Positions 55,751 through 64,000 of a stretch of DNA of 64,000 nucleotides are shown here, one piece after another (position 1 is the stretch's first letter; the number at the start of each line of letters is the position of its first letter). Source of the DNA: Ignavibacteriota bacterium (GTDB lineage Bacteria; Bacteroidota; Ignavibacteria; UBA10030; UBA6906); the NCBI GenBank assembly GCA_963808715.1, contig CAWEHG010000040.1, forward strand, positions 99,420 through 163,419, written 5' to 3'. The position numbers and the translations under genes were made by a program. Below the pieces are notes generated by a model. It saw nothing but the letters and a program-made list of their open reading frames with translations. It ran no database searches and was not told the origin of the DNA.

Positions 55751-57582
55751 ATACCGCCCGCCGCATCCTCGGCTACATCCGGCCCTACTGGAAACAGCTC
55801 GGCCTTTCCATCCTCTGCTCGGTCGTCTTCTCGGTGTTCAGCGGGGTGTCGCTCTACCTGCTCATCCCGCTCCTGGAGACGCTCTTCAGCGGCAACATCG
55901 CCCCTGTGGCCGCCACGCCCGCCACCTCGCTTTCCCCGGGGTGGTTGATGAGCATCCGGCAGGGATTCACGGACGGGTTCAGGGATCTCGTCTTCACCGG
56001 GGATTCTTCCACGACGCTCCTGAACATCTGCATGGTGATCCTCGTGGCGTTCCTGGTGAAGAACCTCGCCGGGTACCTGCAGTCGAACCTGATGATCTAC
56101 GTGGAACAGGGGCTGATCCGGGATCTGCGCAACGCGCTGTACCGGCATATCCACGCCCTGCCGCTCGCGTACTTCACGAACGAACGGACGGGCAACCTCA
56201 TTTCGCGGATCGTGAACGACGTCCCGGTGATCAACACGGGGTTGACCGCGGTCTTCCACACGATGATGCGGGAGCCGCTCCTGATCCTCGTCTACCTGGG
56301 GATCGCCCTGATGCTGAGCTGGCAGCTGACGCTGATCTCGTTCGTGGTGTTCCCTCTTGCGTTGCTGGTGATCGCCTATGTCGGGCGGCGCGTGCACACC
56401 GAAAGCGGTATGGTCCAGGAGAGGATCGCATCGATCACGTCGGTGCTGCAGGAGACCATTTCGGGGGTGAAGGTGGTCAAGGCGTTCGGTATGGAGGAGT
56501 TCGAGAACCGGAAGTTCGGCCAGGAGGCGCAGGGACTGTTCGCCACGGTGATGAAAGTGACCCGCATCCGCAACCTCTCATCGCCGAGCACGGAATTCCT
56601 GAGCGCCCTCGCGGGAGGCGTGATCATCTGGTACGGCGGCATGCAGGTGCTGTCGCACGAGAACCTGAAGGCCAGCGAGTTCATCGGCTTCCTGTTCGTC
56701 ATGTTCCAGATGATGCCCCCCATCAAAGAGCTGAGCACGGTCAACAATCGCCTCGCGGAGGCGACGGCCGCCGGGAAACGGGTGTTCGAGATCCTGGACA
56801 CCGAGCCGAACATCCGGAACGTCCCCGGCGCCGTACGGCTCACCGGGTTCGAGAGGCCATCGAGTTTCACGGGGTCGGCTTCCGGTACGCCGAAGGGGAC
56901 GAGGTGCTGCGCGACTGTCAACTTCCTGATCCGCAAAGGGGAGGCGGTGGCGATCGTGGGACCGAGCGGCGCCGGCAAATCCACGCTGGTGGACCTCGTC
57001 CCGCGGTTCTACGACCCGACCGTAGGGAAGATCACCATTGACGGCCGCGACCTCCGGGAGGTGGACCTCAAATCGCTGCGCGACCAGATCGGGATCGTCA
57101 CCCAGGAGACCATCCTCTTCAACGACAGCGTCCGCAACAACATCGCCTACGGGCTGGATACCTGTCCGGAGGAGGCGCTGATCGCGGCGGCCCGCGCCGC
57201 CAACGCGCATCAATTCATTGCCGACATGCCCAACGGCTACGACACCGTGATCGGCGAGCGGGGGGTCAAGCTCAGCGGCGGCCAGCGCCAGCGGCTGGCG
57301 CTCGCGCGGGCGATCCTGAAGAACCCCCCCCTCCTCATCCTGGACGAGGCGACCTCGGCCCTCGACACGGAATCGGAGCTGCTGGTCCAGGAGGCCATCG
57401 AGCGCCTGATGGCCGGACGCACCTCGATCGTGATCGCCCACCGGCTCTCCACCATCCAGCATGCCGACCGGATCGTGGTGATCGACGGCGGGCGCATCAC
57501 CGAGACCGGAAGACACCGGGACCTGGTCCGGAGGAAGAACGGCCTCTACCGCAAGCTGTACGAAATGCAATTCCGGATCTGA
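55747..57582 (+). CDS. msbA: ABC exporter permease/ATPase, MsbA-like
   Basis: TMD plus [39 protein letters not shown]; LPS gene context. Confidence 0.85.
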   Translation: MNTARRILGYIRPYWKQLGLSILCSVVFSVFSGVSLYLLIPLLETLFSGNIAPVAATPATSLSPGWLMSIRQGFTDGFRDLVFTGDSSTTLLNICMVILVAFLVKNLAGYLQSNLMIYVEQGLIRDLRNALYRHIHALPLAYFTNERTGNLISRIVNDVPVINTGLTAVFHTMMREPLLILVYLGIALMLSWQLTLISFVVFPLALLVIAYVGRRVHTESGMVQERIASITSVLQETISGVKVVKAFGMEEFENRKFGQEAQGLFATVMKVTRIRNLSSPSTEFLSALAGGVIIWYGGMQVLSHENLKASEFIGFLFVMFQMMPPIKELSTVNNRLAEATAAGKRVFEILDTEPNIRNVPGAVRLTGFERPSSFTGSASGTPKGTRCCATVNFLIRKGEAVAIVGPSGAGKSTLVDLVPRFYDPTVGKITIDGRDLREVDLKSLRDQIGIVTQETILFNDSVRNNIAYGLDTCPEEALIAAARAANAHQFIADMPNGYDTVIGERGVKLSGGQRQRLALARAILKNPPLLILDEATSALDTESELLVQEAIERLMAGRTSIVIAHRLSTIQHADRIVVIDGGRITETGRHRDLVRRKNGLYRKLYEMQFRI

Positions 57583-57586
57583 CGCC

Positions 57587-58345
57587 ATGGCACGCCTCTC
57601 CGTGATCGTCCTGACCCTCAACGAGGAGCGCAACATCGGCGACTGCCTGGAGAGCGTGTCCTGGGCCGACGAGATCATCGTCGCGGATTCGGGCAGCACC
57701 GACCGGACCGTGGAGATCGCGCGGAAGTACACGGAACGGATCCTGACGATCGCCTGGACCGGATACGGGGCGGCGCGGAACATCGCGATCGCCGCATCGA
57801 CGGGAGACTGGATCCTCTGGCTGGACGCGGACGAGCGCGTCGGTCCGGAGCTGGCCGCCGAGGTCCGCGCGATCGTCAACAACACCGCCTGCCCGTACGA
57901 CGGGTTCCTGGTGGCGCGGAGAGCCTATTTCCTCGGGAAGTGGATCAAGCACAGCGGCTGGTACCCATCGCGGGTGCTGCGGCTCTTCCGGCGGGGGAAA
58001 GGGACCTTCACCGAGACCAGGGTCCACGAGCGTCTCGAGCTCGCAGGGCCGGCCGGGCGGACGGACCACGACATCCTGCACTTCACCGATCCGGACCTCG
58101 ACCACTACCTGACGAAATTCAACAGGTACACGTCGCTTGCGGCCGGGGACCTCCAGGCAGCGGGGCGGCGGCCCGCCGTGGCCGATCTGCTGGTGAGACC
58201 GCCGTTCCAGTTCTTCAAGATGTACGTGCTGCGGAGGGGTTTCCTCGACGGGCTCCACGGTCTGGTTCTTGCGGTCCTCTCCTCGGCCTACGTCTTCGTC
58301 AAGTATGCCAAACTCTGGGAACGCTCACTCGGGGAACGTCACTGA
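57587..58345 (+). CDS. GT2 glycosyltransferase (WaaE/KdtX-like LPS glucosyltransferase)
   Basis: LTLNEERNI..CLES, DSGSTD.T, LDADE, VHE, KFNRYT, GFLDG..G. Confidence 0.88.
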   Translation: MARLSVIVLTLNEERNIGDCLESVSWADEIIVADSGSTDRTVEIARKYTERILTIAWTGYGAARNIAIAASTGDWILWLDADERVGPELAAEVRAIVNNTACPYDGFLVARRAYFLGKWIKHSGWYPSRVLRLFRRGKGTFTETRVHERLELAGPAGRTDHDILHFTDPDLDHYLTKFNRYTSLAAGDLQAAGRRPAVADLLVRPPFQFFKMYVLRRGFLDGLHGLVLAVLSSAYVFVKYAKLWERSLGERH

Positions 58346-58357
58346 AGGGGCCATGCC

Positions 58358-58624
58358 ATGGATCCTGAGGATCACCATCAACTGCTGTTCGTCCAGCTCG
58401 TCGCGTCGCTCCATGCGGAGACGATGCACTTTCTCGGAAAGACCAAACACCCCGTGACCGACAAGGTCGAACGGAATCTTGACGCCGCGCGCAACGCCAT
58501 CGACATGCTGGAGATGCTCGAGGTGAAGACCCGGGGCGGCGTCACGGAGGAAGAGCGGCGGTTCCTCACCCAGGTCCTGAAGGAGGTCCGGCTGAACTAC
58601 GTGGACGAGGTCAACAAGCCATGA
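58358..58624 (+). CDS. DUF1844 family protein
   Basis: LG..HP.T..NL..AR.AIDMLEML..KT.G..EE..L..L..RLNYV pattern. Confidence 0.8.
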   Translation: MDPEDHHQLLFVQLVASLHAETMHFLGKTKHPVTDKVERNLDAARNAIDMLEMLEVKTRGGVTEEERRFLTQVLKEVRLNYVDEVNKP

Positions 58625-59490
58625 AGTTCGCGATCATCGGCAACATCGAGAAGCGGGGGATCCTGGAGGCGACGCTGCGCCTCGCGAGAAAGCTGGCGGC
58701 GTCCGGCATGGAGTTCGTCGTCGAACGGAAGATCGCGGAACTGGCGGAGCCGGGCTCGCTGCTCTCGGCCCACGTCGAGGAGCTCGAGCGGTGCCTGGAT
58801 GGGGCAGACATGGTCGTGGCGTTCGGCGGGGACGGCACCATCCTCTGGGCGGCCCGGGTGGTGGGATCGCTGGGGATCCCGATCCTGGGGGTGAACCTCG
58901 GGAAGCTGGGGTTCCTGGCGGAGTTCTCGCCCGACGATATCGAACAGGCGATCACGGACCTGGCGCAGGGGCGGTATCGGATCGAAGAGCGCCTGGCGCT
59001 CGAGGCCTCCAGCCCGGCGAGGCCGGGAAGGACCTTCTCGGCGGTGAATGACTTCGTCCTGGACAAAGCGCGGTCGTCCAGGTTGATCGACGTCGAGGTC
59101 TCGATCGATGGTGCGTTCGCGGTCACCTACCGCGGCGACGGCCTGATCGTCTCCACTCCCACCGGCTCCACGGCATACGCCCTTTCCAACGGCGGGCCCA
59201 TCATCACCCCGGACAGCGACGTCATCGGTATCACCCCCATCTCGCCGCACACGCTCGGCGGACGGCCGCTCATCGTTCCCCGTACGTGCGAGATCCGCAT
59301 CGTGGCGCACGCCCCCGGCGGCGAGGTACTGTTCTCGGCCGACGGACAGGAAGAAGCTCTCCTCACCCCTCCCGCGGAGGTCGTCGTGCAGGCCGCGCCG
59401 TTCCCCCTCCGCCTGGTCCGCAGGACGGACCGGACCTACTACGACGTCCTCCGTGCCAAACTCCTCTGGGGGCAGGATCCCCGGGGATAG
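58621..59490 (+). CDS. nadK: NAD kinase
   Basis: GGDGT, GVNLGKLGFL, GDGLIVSTPTGSTAYALSNGGP. Confidence 0.95.
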   Translation: MKFAIIGNIEKRGILEATLRLARKLAASGMEFVVERKIAELAEPGSLLSAHVEELERCLDGADMVVAFGGDGTILWAARVVGSLGIPILGVNLGKLGFLAEFSPDDIEQAITDLAQGRYRIEERLALEASSPARPGRTFSAVNDFVLDKARSSRLIDVEVSIDGAFAVTYRGDGLIVSTPTGSTAYALSNGGPIITPDSDVIGITPISPHTLGGRPLIVPRTCEIRIVAHAPGGEVLFSADGQEEALLTPPAEVVVQAAPFPLRLVRRTDRTYYDVLRAKLLWGQDPRG

Positions 59491-59512
59491 TCCCCGATGT
59501 GCAGCGGCATCC

Positions 59513-59944
59513 TCAGTTGTTCGGCGCACCTTCCACTATCCAGGTACGGATCCCGTCGGTCTGGTTCTTGTTGAGGGGATTCCCGCGGGGAGGCATGCGC
59601 GGTCCCAGCGCCCCCTCGATACGGAGCACAAGCGTGCTCTGTCCGGGGGAACCGGCAACGACCACGCCGGGAACCGCAAAGACCGTGTTCCAGTGCGAGG
59701 TCAGTCGGAGGGAACTCGTGTTCGAGGGGTTGTCGTCGTGGCACCCCGACAGCGTGCAGGCCTGGTTGAAGAGGGTCTGGACGTCCCGGTTGTACTTGAC
59801 GTCGTTGGACGGGAAGATCACCGAGGAAGGGCTCTCGCCGGTGAGGGGGTTCTCGTCTTTGCAGGCCGGGAGAGCAACGATCGCGAGCCCGAAGGCCAGG
59901 ATCGTGCCCGCGAGACGCACCGGTCGGCGCAACGCGGTCACCAT
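59513..59944 (-). CDS. Small lipoprotein with probable c-type cytochrome domain
   Basis: Lipobox LPA-C; DVQTLFNQACTLSGCH (CX4CH); S.L..RI..RMPP..L..I..WI..GA.NN pattern. Confidence 0.75.
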   Translation of the reverse strand: MVTALRRPVRLAGTILAFGLAIVALPACKDENPLTGESPSSVIFPSNDVKYNRDVQTLFNQACTLSGCHDDNPSNTSSLRLTSHWNTVFAVPGVVVAGSPGQSTLVLRIEGALGPRMPPRGNPLNKNQTDGIRTWIVEGAPNN

Positions 59945-60625
59945 GCGGGCGCAACGGCGCGCGGGCCGACCCCGGGAAAATGCTCGCGGTAGAGCGCCCC
60001 CGCGAGGTAGGCGGAGACCGCGAACGCATAGAAGATCGTGACCAGCACCCCCAGGAACAGCGCGATCAGCCCCACCGCGGCGAAGGACTGGAGACCCACG
60101 GCGATCAGCGCCACCACCACCGTGTCCTGCCAGTGCGCCGTGAACAGGCGCACGATGGACGAGATGTCCAGAGCGTCCGAGATCCGCTCGTGTTCAGCGA
60201 ACCGATAGACGATGATCGGCATCAGCAGGTTCAGGGCCAGGCTGTAGGGGATGACCAGCATCGTGAACCCGAAGGCGTAGATGCCGGCCACCAGGCCCAG
60301 CACCTCCCGCTGCGGGGAGAGCTCCGAGGCAATGGTCATGACGATGAGGGGGACGGTCATCAGGAGAATGGGGAGCAGGTAGAGCACGATAGACCATCGC
60401 AAACTTGAACCCGGTCACGAACTTCACCCCGATATCCTTCCACTCGGGGAGGGCGGGGTCCTCGCCGCGCATGACACGCTGGGTGATCTGGATCAGATAT
60501 CCGGCGATGACGAAGATCCCGAGCCCGATCAGGCACAGCATCAGGAAGACGCAGGCGACGACCAGTTTGCCGACCCAGTTGCGGTCCCTGAACACGAAGG
60601 AAAAAGCGTTCCCGAGGTCTTTCAT
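59938..60625 (-). CDS. DUF4013-like membrane protein (frameshifted)
   Basis: DLGNAFSFVF.D..W..KL, IAGY, LPEW..G.KF..G; multiple TMs. Confidence 0.75.
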
Positions 60626-60770
60626 GTCTGTCCGATGAGGGCGATGGAGACGGAACGGGGATGATGAACTGTTGTCTATGATAGCTGTTCGCCGGATGAA
60701 ACGCAATCTCCTCACGGCACCTCCCTGGTTGGTCGCGAGGTGTTCGTGGTGCCGGGCTGACCGATTTCGC

Positions 60771-60799
60771 TTGACTGTCACGATCCGCCAGAGTACTTT
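60771..60799 (+). promoter_or_regulatory. Putative sigma70 promoter
   Basis: TTGACT-17 bp-TACTTT; GAGGAGG SD before ATG 60879. Confidence 0.6.
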
Positions 60800-60878
60800 G
60801 GTCCCAGCGGTTCCATCTTTTCCTCCCCCTTAGTCGATAACGTGGTTTGGTGGGCTCTCCTTGATCTGAGGAGGATCT

Positions 60879-62480
60879 ATGAAAACCATTGTTGGACTCT
60901 TGCTCGTCCTCCCGCTTCTGATGTTCTCTTCCTGCAAAAAGGAGAGTGGCCCGGTGGAGCCCTCCTCTGACGCTACCGGCGGCAAGATCTCTGCCGGGAC
61001 GCCCGTCGAAGTCGCGAGGCAAACCATCCCCGGTACCGGCGGGAAGCTGTCCATCAGGAAGCCGGGCGATCCACTCGATGGCTTCGAGCTGTCCGTTCCA
61101 ACGAACGGCTTCACACAAGCCCAGGAGTTCGTCGTCTCGTACGCAGAGATCAAGTCCCATCAGCTGGGACCGAACTTCAGTCCGATCTCACCCATGATAC
61201 GGATCACCTCCCAGGGGGGATATTCGGCAGGCGTCATGAGTCTGAAGGTCCCGGTCAAACTCCCACCGGGTCACTTTGCCATGGGCTTCCACTACGATGC
61301 CGGGTCGGGAAAACTGGAGCCGGTACCTCTGGAGCGACTGGACAGCAGTTCTGTTACCCTGCTGACACGGCATCTTTCTCCCGCCAATGCCACACTCGGG
61401 AAGCGATCTCTCCTCTCTCCTCAGAACGTCACTTGGGACATGGTGGTCAGCTCGATCCAGGCATCGTTGCTCGACGGTCAACCCACGCTCACGAGCGGTT
61501 TCACACCCGGTGTGGACGATTGGGAGTTCCCGAACTACGGATCGTACGTATCTTCCGGCGGACACTGTGCAGGCCAGGCCATGACCGCGATGTGGTATTT
61601 CTTTGAGAAACGACTGAAGGGGGAGCCCGCGTTGTATGGCAGATTCGACGACTTCACCGACCCTGCCAAACCAGATGCGCTCTGGGGCGACAATCCGCGA
61701 GGGTATCGATTCGCGTCGACGATCCAGGAGGACATCGACTTCGGCAACTGGATGGTGAAAAGCCTGCCGGCTCAGTCGTGGGTCCCCTCACTCACCTACT
61801 ACTCGTTCATCTACGCGATGCTCATCACCGGTGAACCGCAGTTTGTGGGGATCAGGAACAGCACAACGTGGGCCGGCCACGCGATGGTCGTGTACAAGGT
61901 CACGCCGGCAACGGGGACGCTCTATATCGCGGATCCGAACTACCCGGGAAACAGGGATCCTTCCACGGGCAGTCCCACGACACGTACCATCGAATATCAG
62001 AACGGAAGATTGAAGCCCTACTCATCCGCGTTGTTTTCCGGCCCGGCATCCACCTTTGATCTCATTGGATATATCGCGAAAACAGCGACTCATCGAGTGG
62101 TCGGCAATATCTGACCGCTGGGTCGAATTTCAGAACGGCACGATCGGGAACGATCGCTTTCCCCGCTATTCGATCTGGTGTCCACAACGGTGGTGGCTCC
62201 GAACTCCTGGACACGTTGAGCACGTATTCCGATACCCTGGTAGTGCACTGCTCCTCCGGCGAGGCAGAACAGTGCATACCGGGCACCAATGGCTTTCAGG
62301 AATTCCGGGTGTACGACGGTGACGCAAAGGACCTGGGATCAGGCGATGCGGGCAACGGTGGGATCCTTCGGCTCCCGCTCCAGAAAGGGAACAACAGGCT
62401 CGGCTTCCATGTCTGGGGGGCGAGGGATGGGAAGTATCGCAACTATGTGGATTTCCGGTGGACCGACGGCGTCGCTATCA
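60879..62480 (+). CDS. Lipoprotein with probable papain-like Cys-His-Asp domain; 3' end uncertain (frameshifted)
   Basis: Lipobox FSS-C; DDWEFPNYGSY..GGHCAGQA, GHAMVVY, LYIADPN; continues through ORFs at 62056 and 62216. Confidence 0.65.
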
Positions 62481-62501
62481 TGGTGCGTCGTCGATCTTTT
62501 G

Positions 62502-62574
62502 TGGAGCTGAGGGGGATCGAACCCCTGACCTCGTGAATGCCATTCACGCGCTCTCCCAGCTGAGCTACAGCCCC
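62502..62574 (-). tRNA. tRNA-Ala(GGC)
   Basis: GGGGCTGTAGCTCAGCTGGGAGAGCG..CGTGA-ATGGCAT-TCACG..GTTCGATCC..CAGCTCCA; G3:U70 pair. Confidence 0.96.
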
Positions 62575-62586
62575 AACGGACCCCAT

Positions 62587-62615
62587 AATATACGGGGTCC
62601 GGGCACCAGAATCAA
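62587..62615 (-). promoter_or_regulatory. Putative tRNA-Ala promoter
   Basis: TTGATT-17 bp-TATATT on minus strand. Confidence 0.55.
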
Positions 62616-62618
62616 CCG

Positions 62619-64000
62619 CTAGAGGATGAACTTCACCGAGATCATCGCGTCGTGGTACTGGATCGTCTGCTCTACGGTGGCATCGGACGGTGTCGAAACC
62701 TCGTCTTCCCGCTGGTCCCTCCAGCCGTAGAGATAGCCGATGTCGAAGTAGAGTCGGTCTCCGGAATTGATGCCAAACCCGAGGGTGATGAACTTCTGGT
62801 CGTATCGGCTGGGATCCGCCTTGTACGGCGACGGACGGTACATCGCTCCGGCGCGCGCGATCAGGCCCGTGAAGGGGAGCCTGAATTCCGCCCCGGCGTT
62901 GAGGTTCAGCACCCGCGTGAACTGGTCCTTGATCTGCTTGTTGATGTCGCTCTGGTCAGGGTAATCCATTCCTCCCGTGACCTTCATCTGGCTGTAGTCC
63001 ACGTAGGTGGCTTCGGCGGTTCCGGTGAGGATCCAGAGGTTCACCATCGCGCCGACGGTCGCTTCGTAAGGAGGGGTCATCCGGTAGCTTCGCGAAGCGC
63101 CCACCGGGTCCACGTTCAAGATGGTCCCGCTCGAAAAATTCGTCGTCCCGCTCAGGTACTGCGTCTGGCTCACGGTGTGGGCGAAGGGGACCTTGAATGA
63201 CGCGCTCACTCCAATGAAGTTCCAGAGCCTGTAGACCATGCCGAACCGGACGTCCCATCCCCGGTACTCCGTGCTCCGGATGTCGCGGTACGAGCCGTCG
63301 ATGAAACCGGCGGTCCGGGGGTCGCCGGGCACCGTCCGGAGGCTGTCCGCGTAGGTGTTCCGGGTATCCTGGGCGATGAAGTTCCGGTCACTGCTGTACG
63401 TCCCGAGGTTATAGCTCCCGCTCACGCCGAAGAAGACGTTCGGGGCGGCCTCGAGGGAGATCCCCGTCGAAAAGTGGAGCATGTTCCCCGCGTCCAGCAC
63501 GTAGCCCTCTTCGTTGAAATCCCCGGCCAGTACGGTCTGGTCGCCCAGGTACCTCCCGGCGTTGTCGTAGGTCGGGTAGATCAATCCCAGGTTCCGGCCG
63601 ACGTTCGTGGGGTTCTGCGTCAGCAGCTGGAGGAACGACGTCTTGCCCTCGTTGTATCCGGCGTACTTCCCGCCGGTGTTGAAGTCCTTGTCCTGGGTGT
63701 AGCCGAGCGCGAAGACCGCCTGACGGGTGGAATCCATCCTGATGGGGAAGGTGAACCCTGCCTGGCTCAGGGAGGTGTTCGTCGTCGTGAAGTTGGTCTG
63801 CGTTCCGTAGAATCCGCTCTGGTACATGAAGCCGTTCGTGTTCACGGACATCGTGTAGGTCGTCCCCTCCGCGAATCCGAGGGTGGCCGGATTCATCCGG
63901 AGCGCCGTGAAATCGTAGCCGATCGTCGAATAGGCGTTCCCCATGCCCAGGGAGCGCGCGTTGAAATTGAGTCCCTGGCGGGAGATCCGGATCGCGTCGT
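62619..64000 (-). CDS. FadL/OmpP1-like outer-membrane barrel (5' end outside window)
   Basis: NARSLGMGNAY..NPATLG N-terminal hatch motif; beta-strand pattern; C-terminal ISVKFIL. Confidence 0.72.
   Translation of the reverse strand, partial: DAIRISRQGLNFNARSLGMGNAYSTIGYDFTALRMNPATLGFAEGTTYTMSVNTNGFMYQSGFYGTQTNFTTTNTSLSQAGFTFPIRMDSTRQAVFALGYTQDKDFNTGGKYAGYNEGKTSFLQLLTQNPTNVGRNLGLIYPTYDNAGRYLGDQTVLAGDFNEEGYVLDAGNMLHFSTGISLEAAPNVFFGVSGSYNLGTYSSDRNFIAQDTRNTYADSLRTVPGDPRTAGFIDGSYRDIRSTEYRGWDVRFGMVYRLWNFIGVSASFKVPFAHTVSQTQYLSGTTNFSSGTILNVDPVGASRSYRMTPPYEATVGAMVNLWILTGTAEATYVDYSQMKVTGGMDYPDQSDINKQIKDQFTRVLNLNAGAEFRLPFTGLIARAGAMYRPSPYKADPSRYDQKFITLGFGINSGDRLYFDIGYLYGWRDQREDEVSTPSDATVEQTIQYHDAMISVKFIL

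Overview
GC-rich (roughly two-thirds GC by eye) chromosomal window, most likely from an Ignavibacteria/Bacteroidota-relative (T9SS C-terminal domains, PorV-family protein, GWxTD protein, DUF1844-NAD kinase, canonical sigma70-type promoters). The assembly has many 1-bp indels and a few spurious TAG codons, even in leuS, so most long genes are split across ORF frames; I treat these as sequencing errors. Bases 1-39.0 kb are a large LacI-associated alpha-glucan (starch/glycogen/maltodextrin) utilisation locus that lacks SusD. It contains GH31, MalK, LacI, a TonB-dependent receptor followed by a ~1280-aa secreted protein and its own PorV-like barrel, a T9SS-exported propeller/CBM-like protein, a PpiC chaperone, two convergent SGNH-TPR paralogues, a T9SS GH13, a GH57 amylopullulanase, a maltosyltransferase-like GH13, MalEFG, two MFS permeases and an apparent CBM48-esterase-GH133-DOMON fusion. 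Bases 39-60.6 kb are mostly housekeeping and envelope genes (yjbQ, GWxTD, lpxL, waaF, tsaC, tRNA-Arg, MATE, a SpoIIE/STAS/RsbW partner-switching module, a catalytically degenerate tyrosine recombinase, leuS, msbA, GT2, nadK). The end has a lower-GC putative cysteine-protease lipoprotein abutting tRNA-Ala and a partial FadL-like barrel. Most notable: the SusD-less TBDR/large-cargo/PorV module, a family of 8-nt-periodic hairpins that enclose start or stop codons, the esterase-debranching fusion and the degenerate recombinase.
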